From positions 15,371 to 79,370 of the forward strand of contig JBBSXO010000005.1 of assembly GCA_038045705.1 (NCBI GenBank): a stretch of DNA of 64,000 nt, given 5' to 3'. Below, piece after piece: positions 1-9,417 of this stretch; within the stretch, counting starts at the first letter, position 1, and every line of letters begins with the position of its first letter. The notes below the pieces were generated by a model, which worked only from the letters and a program-made list of their open reading frames with translations, ran no database searches and was not told the DNA's origin. Both the position numbers and the translations under genes were made by a program. This stretch comes from Nanobdellota archaeon. Its GTDB lineage: Archaea; Nanobdellota; Nanobdellia; Pacearchaeales; GW2011-AR1.

Positions 1-124
1 CAGTAGTTTGTTTTGATATGGAAGAAACAAAGGCCTTAAAGAAGGAATTTCCAAAGGCAAAATTCTTTTTCGCAAAAGAAGGAGATGTAAAAGACTTAGC
101 TAAAAAAATAGAGGTAGCTGGAAA

Positions 125-970
125 ATGAAAAAACCAAAAGTTTCAATACTAATAGTTAATTGGAATTGCGGAGATACAATTCTAAATTGTATTGCTTCAA
201 TAGAAGAAAAGTTGAAGAAATACACTTATGAAATTGTCATCGTAGATAATGATTCAAAAGATGGTAGTGCTAAAAAGATTGAAAAAAAACATCCCAATGT
301 CAAGTTAATAAAAAATAATTTTAACAATATGTATGCTGGAGGGAACAATCAAGCATACAAATCATCAAATGGAGATTATATCTTACTACTTAATCCAGAC
401 ACAGTGGTAAGAAACGGGTCTATCGATGGATTGTTAGACTACATTATAAAAAATAAAAAAGACATAGTTACTTGTAAATTACTTAATCTAGACGGTAGCA
501 CTCAATATAATATGCACAGAGGTTATCCTACCGCTTTCAGACTCTTTACAAGTTTATTATACACACGATATCATATTTTAGGATTTTTACCAAGTGTGAA
601 AAATTACCTTTTAATTAATAATGTATTTAATCAAGATTTTTTTGTAGATCAGGCAGCAGGCGCATGTATCTTAATTTCTAGAAAATTAATAAAAAAATTA
701 GGATATCTTTTTGACGAAAAAAACTTCCCTTTATTTTATAATGATGTAGATTTATCTTATAGGATTAGAAGAAAAAGAATAAAAATTCTCTGTAAAACGA
801 ATATCTCTATTTATCACATAAAGGGACATTCTATAAAAAAAATTGCAAAGTTGAGCTACATTAGAAATCACTTAAAATCAGCTGAAAAATTTTTCAAAAA
901 GCATAAACTATACAAAGATTACGTTATATTAAAGACAATAAACTTTATTATATTAAATAAGAGCAAATGA
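125..970 (+). CDS. Family 2 glycosyltransferase (GT-A fold)
   Basis: The N-terminus 'SILIVNWNCGDTILNCIASIEE...EIVIVDNDSKDGS' is the classic GT2 nucleotide-sugar binding signature, and an 'NPD' acidic motif follows it. Its last 4 nt overlap the next ORF (967), which suggests an operon. Confidence 0.8.
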   Translation: MKKPKVSILIVNWNCGDTILNCIASIEEKLKKYTYEIVIVDNDSKDGSAKKIEKKHPNVKLIKNNFNNMYAGGNNQAYKSSNGDYILLLNPDTVVRNGSIDGLLDYIIKNKKDIVTCKLLNLDGSTQYNMHRGYPTAFRLFTSLLYTRYHILGFLPSVKNYLLINNVFNQDFFVDQAAGACILISRKLIKKLGYLFDEKNFPLFYNDVDLSYRIRRKRIKILCKTNISIYHIKGHSIKKIAKLSYIRNHLKSAEKFFKKHKLYKDYVILKTINFIILNKSK

Positions 971-1896
971 AAAATTTATTAAAAAGATTGTTTAAGGTTA
1001 TTTTTTCAATAGCTTTAATATTTATTTTATTTAAGTTGATAGATCTTAATAAAGTAATAAATCTAATAATTGACATTGATTTTAAATTTCTTTTTTTTCC
1101 AGCAATTATTTTTTTTATAGGGTTATTTCTTTCAGTAAAAAAATGGAAAAAGATATTAGAGGTTTATGGGATAAATATAAATTCTTCAGAGCTATTCAAG
1201 CTTTATTTAGTAGGGTCATTCTACAATAATTTTCTTCCTTCAACAATAGGAGGAGACGGATATAAATTTATTAAATTAAATAAAAAGTATAATTCAAAAA
1301 AGAAAGAGATACTCTCATCTATCATTTTAGAGAGAGCATTTGGATTTTTTACATGGTTTGTAATAAACCTAGTTTTCTTTTTTATCTTTTTTAGGACGAT
1401 CATTAAAAATAAATATCTTTTAAGTTTAGAGATTTTTCTAATATTAGGACCACCCTTTCTATTGATATTAATTAATATATTTGGAAAATATTTTAAAATA
1501 TTTAAAGGAATAAGTTTGATGAGTAAGTTATCAAATTTATTTTCAACTCTTGGAATAATTATAAGAAATTATAAGATTTTTTTCTTTTCTTTTTTTATCT
1601 CCATTATTATTAATGCTCTAACTATTTTTTCAATTTACTCTATATTTTTAAGTTTTGGAATATCCGTAGATCTTAGAATAATAGCTTTTTGTATGTCTCT
1701 CATTATAATTTACTCAATTATTCCTATTTCTTTAAACAATATAGGATTTACAGAAAGTTTGTCGGTTTTAGTTTTCTCCATATTTATGATTGATTCAGCG
1801 ATTATACTTTCAACATTTTTAGTTGCAAGATTTACCTCCATATTAATGAGCCTTTTCGGAGGAATTTCAGAAGTATATGATTCCATTAAAAAGTAG
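967..1896 (+). CDS. Polytopic membrane protein, flippase-like / LPG-synthase-TM-like (UPF0104-type)
   Basis: The 309-aa protein is almost entirely hydrophobic helices. It is translationally coupled to the upstream GT2 gene. This family is typical of glycolipid translocation partners of GT2 enzymes. Confidence 0.45.
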   Translation: MKNLLKRLFKVIFSIALIFILFKLIDLNKVINLIIDIDFKFLFFPAIIFFIGLFLSVKKWKKILEVYGININSSELFKLYLVGSFYNNFLPSTIGGDGYKFIKLNKKYNSKKKEILSSIILERAFGFFTWFVINLVFFFIFFRTIIKNKYLLSLEIFLILGPPFLLILINIFGKYFKIFKGISLMSKLSNLFSTLGIIIRNYKIFFFSFFISIIINALTIFSIYSIFLSFGISVDLRIIAFCMSLIIIYSIIPISLNNIGFTESLSVLVFSIFMIDSAIILSTFLVARFTSILMSLFGGISEVYDSIKK

Positions 1897-1911
1897 ATTA
1901 AGAGGTAACTA

Positions 1912-3975
1912 TTACTTAGACTCAAATATCTCAATATTATTTTTATCTGCCCCATCAATGTTTCCAATATAGCTAGGTTTAGTTATATGCATTAAATTAA
2001 AATTAGAATAAACAAAATCTTTTGTTTCTTGATTAACATTTGTTCTAAATCTCGAATCTGCAATAATCATAACTTTAGCCTCTTTAGATGCGATACTTTT
2101 TAATTCATCTAAATTTATCCATTGGATGTTATTATATATTGAGATAGTTTTATTTTCTTTATAATATGTATAATATGGCCTAAGATAATCATTTAGAATA
2201 TAATCTATTTTAATATAAGGAGCCATATTATACATATCAGTGGTCACAACTTTAGCTCCAGACGTATTTAATTCAGTAAGCAAGTCATAGTTAGTCATTA
2301 CAAAATTACCTGAAATTGAACTAAATGAATAAGGGTCTGTAAATATAGATTTAGTAATTAAATAATTTGGTAAAAGATTATCCTTTGAATATGTTGAAGT
2401 AGTAGGGTAATTTAAGTCTACTGGGGTAATTAAATAAATTAACAAACTTAAAATTAGTATAACTCCTAAAGTTCTTTTCTTTAAAGAGGTTGATAAAATA
2501 AAATATAAATAAGATGTAAATATGATTATTAAGAAAAACAAACTTTGCCTATAGCGTATAGGATTTTTTTGAAAAAAGAAAGAAAAGAATAAAAGTTCGA
2601 TAAACAATTGGAATAAGAATATCTGTAAAAAAGGATTAATCTTAATTCTTTTCTTTAAAATAATAATTGCCCCAATCAAGAAAACTAATAATAGCCTTAA
2701 TGGGCTAATTAAGAAATTAAGTTTTTTTATTCCAGAAACTAAAAAATTTATGCTTAAAAAGTTTAAATTAATCAAATTAGTTTGGGTAGGTTCGAAACCA
2801 GGAAGAGTAAGGCTTATCCATTTAGACATGACGAAATATTGAATAAGAAAACAGAAGACTATCAAAAATATTGGGATAAAATAGCTTTTATCTTTATTTT
2901 TAAATGCTAACAAAAATAAAACTGGAATTAATAGAAACACATATTCATAATTTAATCCCAATAATATTGAAAGTAAAATAAACGAAAATTTCTTTTCAGA
3001 AGGTGAAAAAAAACATATTAAATAAAGAAACCATACATAGAAAAATAGGATCATTAAATAGTGTTTTCCGTGAAATGAATAAAAAATGAAGTAAGATAAT
3101 ATTGAGATCAAACCTGCACAAAATAAAGCTGTTTTTTTATCAAATAATTTCTTTGCGAAAAAATAAGATATTATTATAACACCTATTCCAAAGACTAAAG
3201 AAATAGATCTAAGGGAAATCAATGGATTGTTTACTATTATAGTCAGCCAATATGCTGGGTATGTGTAAATAAAATTTCTTAAATATAGTCCCCCTGAGTC
3301 CAAGAAAGGCAAAATATTCCCTTTGGCAAAATTATTAAATATAATATAATAAATTCCTTCATCAATTGAATAACCAACTTTATTTAAGTTCCAAATCCGT
3401 AAAATAAAACCTACAATTAAAATAATAGCAAGTCCCAATGTATATCCCCAGCCTTCCTTATACACCCACTTAACTACACTCCTCAAACCCCAAACTCTAC
3501 TTATTCTCGGAAATCTATGCTGAAAGTCACTTGCTCTTTGTTGCTCTTTACTTTCTTCTATTTGCTTTTCATTTTCCATTTCTCGCTCGATCCTGTTATG
3601 GTTAGCGTAAAAAGCAAAGAAACCAAACGCTACACCCAATATGATAATATGTGTGTTTCTTTCAGTGATAAAATCAAGTTTTAGGAATTGATTTATTGCA
3701 AGAGTTATAAGTATTGCAAGAAAGAAATAGGGAGAAGTTTGAAAGAAAGAATCCATAAAATGAGTCGATCTGTTGTGGAAGTGATTTAATTTTGATTTAT
3801 ATAGAATGGATAATGCAATAGAAAAAACTACTATAAAAAAAAGAAAAGTAGAAGTAAAAAATATAGGTAGTTGAATAATTTGAAACTGACTTAAAATTAA
3901 TAATCCAAGAGAAACAATAGCCAGATTAAGAAATAAAATATATGTTGATTTATATGCCTGTTCTTTTCGCATCAT
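1912..3975 (-). CDS. GT-C fold membrane glycosyltransferase (ArnT/PMT-like, GT39/GT83-type)
   Basis: The 687-aa protein has more than 10 TM helices. The loop motif 'GYSIDEGIYY' resembles the ArnT/PMT family loop motifs. Confidence 0.55.
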   Translation of the reverse strand: MMRKEQAYKSTYILFLNLAIVSLGLLILSQFQIIQLPIFFTSTFLFFIVVFSIALSILYKSKLNHFHNRSTHFMDSFFQTSPYFFLAILITLAINQFLKLDFITERNTHIIILGVAFGFFAFYANHNRIEREMENEKQIEESKEQQRASDFQHRFPRISRVWGLRSVVKWVYKEGWGYTLGLAIILIVGFILRIWNLNKVGYSIDEGIYYIIFNNFAKGNILPFLDSGGLYLRNFIYTYPAYWLTIIVNNPLISLRSISLVFGIGVIIISYFFAKKLFDKKTALFCAGLISILSYFIFYSFHGKHYLMILFFYVWFLYLICFFSPSEKKFSFILLSILLGLNYEYVFLLIPVLFLLAFKNKDKSYFIPIFLIVFCFLIQYFVMSKWISLTLPGFEPTQTNLINLNFLSINFLVSGIKKLNFLISPLRLLLVFLIGAIIILKKRIKINPFLQIFLFQLFIELLFFSFFFQKNPIRYRQSLFFLIIIFTSYLYFILSTSLKKRTLGVILILSLLIYLITPVDLNYPTTSTYSKDNLLPNYLITKSIFTDPYSFSSISGNFVMTNYDLLTELNTSGAKVVTTDMYNMAPYIKIDYILNDYLRPYYTYYKENKTISIYNNIQWINLDELKSIASKEAKVMIIADSRFRTNVNQETKDFVYSNFNLMHITKPSYIGNIDGADKNNIEIFESK

Positions 3976-5123
3976 TGACTCACCGTAATACTCACAGATG
4001 TAATGTTTCCATTGCCTACAACTGGAATAATTGCCGTTTGATTTATATTGTTAATAATCATTTCAGTTATCTTTTGACTAACAATTGAATTGATTATTTT
4101 CGTTTCATAAATACAACCATCAAAATAAGCATTGTTTCCGCCATTATGCGAACTCCAGCCAGAACTCAAAGTCCTATTACTATTATAATTTTGATAAATA
4201 ACATCTTCTCCAATTAAGATTCTTTCTACTAATTTTTTATCAACCCATAATTCAATATACCCATTGCCTTCTGCATCTGGAGAATAAATCGCAAGAGCTT
4301 CGTGTTCTTTACCAAAGAAATCTTGCGCTATAGGATAATTCACAGAGTAAGAACTCCCATTAGCATCATTCATTCTACCAACCTGAAATCTTATCGAATC
4401 TTTAGACTGATAAATCTCCCAGTTATAATGTCCTACTATCTGTTGGTTATTTCCCAATAATGGACTTATAGAACTAGGCTTCCACTTAACATAAATGCTC
4501 ATTGGACCAGATTCAAACATATCTTGTGAGTTTGGCAAAGAAAGAGTCTGTTCTTCATATGCATTGAAATGCACACATTGTTGTTCATTGTCATAACTTG
4601 CAGTGCCTTCCAAATCTTCTGGAATGCTTTGAGTGAAATCCCAATTATAGACCCAATCAATTTCAGAAATATTTATTGGAGTTGCTAAATAAATTCCTTC
4701 TCCATCTAAAACTACATCAACTGTTGCATCTTTCAAAACTATGTTAGGGTCAAGAACTAAATTAACTTGTCCTTGTACTCCTTCAGGTAATGACAATAGT
4801 TTCCTGCCTTGAGGGGTTGTCAAATAAATTTCATTTGAAAGAGGAGAAATAATTCCTTCTTCATCTATTGTTAAAGTATAAGTCTCTTCATAACCAAAAG
4901 GCAAATAATTAATGTAAAGTGCATAACCCAAAAGAGCAACGGGAATTGCAAATGCTAAAAATATTAGAAATTTAGATAATGCAGAAGATGTTTGAGGCTC
5001 ATGAGGTAAATGGCTAGTATGATGCACTGGCTTAGAAACTTGAGGAGCTTGTCCTTGTTTAGCTTTCCAAGTTTTCAAGCTGTTTTCCCAATCTTCCTGT
5101 CTTTTTCTAGCATGGTCATTCAT
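3972..5123 (-). CDS. Secreted/membrane-anchored protein with LamG/ConA-like lectin domain (putative)
   Basis: The N-terminus is polar, followed by a TM anchor 'FLIFLAFAIPVALLGYALYI'. The C-terminal half carries 'NAYFDGCIYETKII', which resembles the LamG consensus. It overlaps the upstream GT-C gene by 4 nt (same strand). Confidence 0.45.
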   Translation of the reverse strand: MNDHARKRQEDWENSLKTWKAKQGQAPQVSKPVHHTSHLPHEPQTSSALSKFLIFLAFAIPVALLGYALYINYLPFGYEETYTLTIDEEGIISPLSNEIYLTTPQGRKLLSLPEGVQGQVNLVLDPNIVLKDATVDVVLDGEGIYLATPINISEIDWVYNWDFTQSIPEDLEGTASYDNEQQCVHFNAYEEQTLSLPNSQDMFESGPMSIYVKWKPSSISPLLGNNQQIVGHYNWEIYQSKDSIRFQVGRMNDANGSSYSVNYPIAQDFFGKEHEALAIYSPDAEGNGYIELWVDKKLVERILIGEDVIYQNYNSNRTLSSGWSSHNGGNNAYFDGCIYETKIINSIVSQKITEMIINNINQTAIIPVVGNGNITSVSITVSQ

Positions 5124-5176
5124 TTTACAAATATACGAGTAAAATATTTAGCGAATATATGTTTTTTAAGGCTTTG

Positions 5177-5333
5177 TATCAAAAAATCGATGCTCGATTT
5201 TTGGATGCTCACGATGTCACCACGTGCCTTAGCAGGTTTTCAAGAGACATCGAGACATAATGAAGATTTCTGTTTAAGATGTTAAAAACATATCAAAAAA
5301 TCGATGCGATTGGTGCTCGATTCATCAAAAACA
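5177..5333. repeat. Composite intergenic repeat element (TATCAAAAAATCGATGC x2; GGTTTTCAAGAGACATCGAGACATAA; GATTCATCA)
   Basis: A 17-mer direct repeat occurs at 5177-5193 and 5291-5307. The 26-mer at 5235-5260 contains a tandem GAGACAT heptamer. The same modules recur at 9301-9361. Confidence 0.6.
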
Positions 5334-5542
5334 TACTCGTTTTTGAATGTCATCGCAATATCGGTGCATTGCGAGATTTGGATGCAAGTAAATTCTTCTT
5401 GATGAGAATTTACTGCACAGAAGTTTGTCTTTGTGAATAAACTTCTTGTGATCGAAGTTTCGAACACAACCTAAAAGGTGTGGTTTGTGCGAGAAACTAT
5501 CGACATAACAATATTTAAAAATAAGTTCAACCCCATTCTAAC

Positions 5543-5770
5543 ATGGCAGAATGGCAGTCTCGTATAGATGTGGATCCAAATATCTTAGTAGGTAAACCAA
5601 TAATTAGAGGAACACGTCTTAGCGTATATTTTATTCTTGAACTATTAGCACAAGGCTGGACCATAGATAAAATTCTTAGAAATTACCCACAGCTCAAAAA
5701 AGAAGATATTAAAGCTGCATTGGAATATTCAGCGCATGCTCTAAAACTTGAGTCTGTGTATTCAATATAA
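5543..5770 (+). CDS. DUF433-family protein (putative antitoxin)
   Basis: The segment 'GKPIIRGTRLSVYFILELLAQGWTIDKILRNYPQLKKEDIKAAL' matches the DUF433 core. It is immediately followed by a DUF5615-like gene (2-nt gap). Confidence 0.65.
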   Translation: MAEWQSRIDVDPNILVGKPIIRGTRLSVYFILELLAQGWTIDKILRNYPQLKKEDIKAALEYSAHALKLESVYSI

Positions 5771-5772
5771 TT

Positions 5773-6120
5773 ATGAAATTTATAGCAGACGAAAATATAC
5801 CTTTAGAAGTAGTTGAGATTTTAAAGCGGAAAGGAATTGATATCATCTCCCTTAGTCTAAAAGACCCAGGCATGAAAGATTATGACGTTCTTAATTTATC
5901 CATAGAAGAACAGAGAACATTAATTACATTTGATAGAGATTTTAGCAAACTTATCTTTAAATTAAAGAAACCTAATTATGGAGTCATATTTCTAAGAATG
6001 CACCCTCAATCTACAGAACATATTGTTAAATTATTAGAAAAATTATTTAATATGGAGATCCCCTTTGAAGAATCATTTTGTATAGTGACTTTGGATAGAG
6101 TAAGAGTTATTCCAATATAA
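5773..6120 (+). CDS. DUF5615 / PIN-like (Mut7-C-like) putative toxin
   Basis: The N-terminus 'MKFIADENIPLEVVEILKRKGIDI' is typical of DUF5615 proteins, which pair with DUF433. Confidence 0.6.
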   Translation: MKFIADENIPLEVVEILKRKGIDIISLSLKDPGMKDYDVLNLSIEEQRTLITFDRDFSKLIFKLKKPNYGVIFLRMHPQSTEHIVKLLEKLFNMEIPFEESFCIVTLDRVRVIPI

Positions 6121-6164
6121 ATAATGCCTGTTGAATTTTGAAAGGAGTTAATTATTTTCAACTC

Positions 6165-6434
6165 TCATTGTCTTGCTAATGCAAGTGCCTTATTAAGATC
6201 TTCTTTAGTTAAGTTATTTTTCTTTGCGTGATCTCTAGTTTTTTTAATTATTTCTTGAAATTCTTCTCTTGTTGGAGGTTCAAGTCTCTTTAACATAAGA
6301 GTTCCATTTTGTTCAACCACCATAAATTTTTCTCCCTTCTTTAGTCTAAGGTTCTCTCTAAATATCAAAGGTATAACTATCTGTCCGCGTTCTCCAAGTC
6401 TTGTTACTTCAAATTCCATTTTAAATTCAATCAT
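6165..6434 (-). CDS. AbrB/MazE/SpoVT-family DNA-binding protein
   Basis: The segment 'EFEVTRLGERGQIVIPLIFRENLRLKKGEKFMV' is a swapped-hairpin AbrB-type fold motif. Confidence 0.55.
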   Translation of the reverse strand: MIEFKMEFEVTRLGERGQIVIPLIFRENLRLKKGEKFMVVEQNGTLMLKRLEPPTREEFQEIIKKTRDHAKKNNLTKEDLNKALALARQ

Positions 6435-6515
6435 ACTAGTATGATTATCCTATTTAAACTTTTCTCTTCATTCAAATAAACCAAGTTTTAATTAACCAAT
6501 TATCTAATAAATTTA

Positions 6516-7907
6516 ATGAATTTCAGTAAGCTTTACAAAAACAAACTATTAATTGCCTTAGCTCTTATTCTAATTTATGCTTTAATCCTAAGAGTTTACG
6601 CCTTAGGCTCAAGTCCATTATGGTTTGATGAGACAATCTCAAGTCTCGCAAGTCAAAAAATAGCAGAAAAAGGTTTTCCTATTTTTGATTCTGGCTTTTT
6701 CTATTCAAGAGCTTTAGTCTTTCATTATTTACAGGCTTTCTTTATTTTATTATTTGGTTCAACTGACTTTGTAGTAAGATTAGCCTCTGTTCTTTTTGGG
6801 TTAGGAACAGTAGTTCTAGCTTTTTTCATATGTAAAGAATTCAATAAACCTGCAGGAATAATTGCAGCATTACTTACCTGTTTTCTTTTCCTTGAAGTAG
6901 TTTATTCTCGCCAAGCTAGATTTTATCAGGCTTTTCAGTTCTTGTTTTTCCTAACACTTTTCTTTTTATATAAATCGAAAACTAGCAAGAAGTATGCTTG
7001 GCTTGCTTCTGTATCTTTGATAGTTTTAGTTCAAACACAAATAGCTGGTCTTGTTCTTGTGCCTTTCTTTATTTGGATATTCATCAGAGAGCATAAAGAC
7101 TGGAAGTTATTCATTATTCCACTATTAGTTGGAATTTACTTTGGTTTATCTTTTCTAAGTATAGGTACAACATCCACAGGTAGTGTTTATGCAGAAGAGT
7201 ACACTTCTCAGATCTTTAATGGACTACGAGCATTTGCCCTTATTTCTCTACTTGGGATGCCATTTGCCTATAAAATGAATAAAAGAATGTTCTATCTTAT
7301 GTTATTGCCTTCACTAATAATGTTTGTAGGATTATTCTTTGTCAAGGTTTTTGCTTTGCGTTATGCCTACTTTGTAACTTTATCAATAATATTTTTTATT
7401 GCAGTAACTTTCTCATATCTCTATCAAAATAATAAGATCATTGGGATAGCCATACTCACTCTTGCCATAATTTATCCTTCTAATATTTTCTTTAGTGATA
7501 ATTATCTGACTGTTGTTAAGCCTCAAGCAATAAACTCTTATTCTACAACAGAACCAGTAATAGATTACAAATCTTTAAGTGAAAATACTAAAGATGTGAT
7601 TAGAAACAACACTTTGGTTACTTTGTCAAGTCCAGGTGTAGAATGGTATCTTAAGAAACCAGATTATATTATCCCATTTTCATTAAACGGTTTAGAAAGT
7701 GGATATGCTTTATACAATGGAGTTGATGTATACACAGGAGCAGAAATCTGGAATAATCAAACTAATTTTATTTTCCTAGAAGATTTATTCGCCTATTCTA
7801 AGCTAGGCCCAACCCAAATAGAAAATCTAAATCAAATGAAAAATAATTGTAGTCTAATAGAACAATTACGAACGCTAAGAGCTTATTCTTGTAAAAAAAT
7901 ACAATAA
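6516..7907 (+). CDS. GT-C fold membrane glycosyltransferase (PMT_2/ArnT-like)
   Basis: It has an N-terminal TM helix, then 'SSPLWFDETISSLASQKIAEKGFPIFDSGFFY', with many TM helices after that. Confidence 0.5.
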   Translation: MNFSKLYKNKLLIALALILIYALILRVYALGSSPLWFDETISSLASQKIAEKGFPIFDSGFFYSRALVFHYLQAFFILLFGSTDFVVRLASVLFGLGTVVLAFFICKEFNKPAGIIAALLTCFLFLEVVYSRQARFYQAFQFLFFLTLFFLYKSKTSKKYAWLASVSLIVLVQTQIAGLVLVPFFIWIFIREHKDWKLFIIPLLVGIYFGLSFLSIGTTSTGSVYAEEYTSQIFNGLRAFALISLLGMPFAYKMNKRMFYLMLLPSLIMFVGLFFVKVFALRYAYFVTLSIIFFIAVTFSYLYQNNKIIGIAILTLAIIYPSNIFFSDNYLTVVKPQAINSYSTTEPVIDYKSLSENTKDVIRNNTLVTLSSPGVEWYLKKPDYIIPFSLNGLESGYALYNGVDVYTGAEIWNNQTNFIFLEDLFAYSKLGPTQIENLNQMKNNCSLIEQLRTLRAYSCKKIQ

Positions 7908-7938
7908 TCTTTATAAATCAGATTTTTTCCAGATTTAA

Positions 7939-8544
7939 ATGATAAGAGGAAGTCTAAATGTCAGAGCAGTTCAGCAAAAAGATAGTCTTCAAGGATTTAT
8001 CAGAATAAATCACTTTTATAGGGGAAATCATAGAGTTAGTGGAATTTGCGGAGAATTTACAGCATCTCAAAGATTTCAAGAGATAGATTATGGAAATGGT
8101 CTAGATAAACTATTTTTTTACGGTGATGAACGAGATTTAACAGCAAATTACAGAAACCAAGATAAAGCACGTTCGATTCAAAGAATATTTCATGTAATTT
8201 ACAACCATAGAAATTCAGATGATGGTGGACAAATTGAATTTGGAGAAATTCCTGCGACAAGACTTGATTTAACTAGAGAACAAACTGATCTTATAAGAGA
8301 TATTCTAAACTATACTTCTTCTTTTCTAAGAAATTCAACAAAAGTAAAGTATGTAAAGATGCCAGAAGAAGGAAGTTCTTTAAGAGCTATTAGAAGTAGT
8401 CTAAGTAGGATGTTTCCTCCAGGTGTGCTTAAATTAGTAGAAGATGCTGGTGGTTATTGGGATTTAACAGAATCAATTAGACTAAACACCGATAAGTTTC
8501 CAGATTTTCCTAAAAGTCTAATTAAAGCAAACAATATTTCATAA
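7939..8544 (+). CDS. Hypothetical protein
   Basis: It is a 201-aa ORF with no recognisable motif. Confidence 0.35.
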   Translation: MIRGSLNVRAVQQKDSLQGFIRINHFYRGNHRVSGICGEFTASQRFQEIDYGNGLDKLFFYGDERDLTANYRNQDKARSIQRIFHVIYNHRNSDDGGQIEFGEIPATRLDLTREQTDLIRDILNYTSSFLRNSTKVKYVKMPEEGSSLRAIRSSLSRMFPPGVLKLVEDAGGYWDLTESIRLNTDKFPDFPKSLIKANNIS

Positions 8545-8554
8545 ACAATCTATT

Positions 8555-9223
8555 TTATTTCATTTCTTGGCTAATAACTGCGCCATGAGTCACTGAATTC
8601 AGTTTATCATAGAAATCTATCTGTAGTCCAGATGGAATATTCATTACAACTTGCAAATCTCCATTTCCAAGCCATTCTTCGCTTTCCTTATAATCTTTAA
8701 GCATACCATAAACTTGAGCACTATATCTAGCAGGTATTGTCAATTTAACTTTCTTAGTCTCTACTTTAATCGGAATTACTGTTGCTAGTTTAGTAATCAA
8801 TTCAGGCATCTGTTGTTCTGCAGGTCTATTATCAAAATTAAAGTGCACTTCATGAATAGCTTTTCTTATGCGTTCATCAGTATAAGGTCTACCATGCTGA
8901 TCTACAGCATTGCGTAAAATTAAATCAATTACTTGCTTTATCCTCTTCTCGCGTTCAGCATCCCTAAATTCTTGATCTTTTTGAATTTCTCCTTTAGTCA
9001 TTATTTTTTCAGCTATTGCATAAACATCAGATGTATCAAAAGTAGCATCAAGTTCAGCCTTTGAAGCAACCATTCCTTTCTTTAAATCAGTATAAATAGC
9101 TGGAGAGTTCAAAGCAGTATTAACATTACCTTTTCCAGCTCTAACTTTAAGAGCCTCATCTAAATCAACAGATATTTCAAACTGTTTACCTTTTACCTTA
9201 ATGCGTGCTTCGACGTTTGCCAT
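8555..9223 (-). CDS. sdo1: Ribosome maturation protein SBDS/Sdo1
   Basis: The N-terminus 'VEARIKVKGKQFEISVDLDEALKVRAGKGNVNTALNSPAIYTDLKKGMVASKAELDATF' and the ~220-aa length match the SBDS family. Confidence 0.85.
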   Translation of the reverse strand: MANVEARIKVKGKQFEISVDLDEALKVRAGKGNVNTALNSPAIYTDLKKGMVASKAELDATFDTSDVYAIAEKIMTKGEIQKDQEFRDAEREKRIKQVIDLILRNAVDQHGRPYTDERIRKAIHEVHFNFDNRPAEQQMPELITKLATVIPIKVETKKVKLTIPARYSAQVYGMLKDYKESEEWLGNGDLQVVMNIPSGLQIDFYDKLNSVTHGAVISQEMK

Positions 9224-9300
9224 AATCGGTAGGGTTTTATAGATTATTTAAAGATTTAGTTAAAATGTTTTCTAAGTTGACCTATAACTAATATCAATAT

Positions 9301-9361
9301 GATTCATCACCTAAGGCAAATATCAAAAATGGCGTGGTTTTCAGGAGACATCGAGACATAA
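9301..9361. repeat. Second copy of the intergenic repeat element (GATTCATCA...TATCAAAAAT...GGTTTTCAGGAGACATCGAGACATAA)
   Basis: 9336-9361 matches 5235-5260 at 25/26 positions. The TATCAAAAA module at 9321-9330 is also shared. Both copies sit in divergent intergenic regions. Confidence 0.6.
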
Positions 9362-9376
9362 CAAAGTTTAAATATT

Positions 9377-9417
9377 AATGTTAAATATAATTGACATATG
9401 TTAAATATAATTGACAA
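9377..9417 (+). repeat. Tandem ~20-bp duplication (ATGTTAAATATAATTGACA x2) spanning the MNT start codon
   Basis: 9378-9396 and 9398-9416 are identical 19-mers. The second copy supplies the ATG of ORF 9398. Confidence 0.6.

Noticed and set aside
1221-1967. Small antisense ORFs (1221-1403 and 1710-1967) inside the flippase-like gene
   Set aside because: They are embedded antisense to a much longer, strongly hydrophobic gene. Their AT-rich codons give F/I/L/K-rich peptides, so they are spurious.
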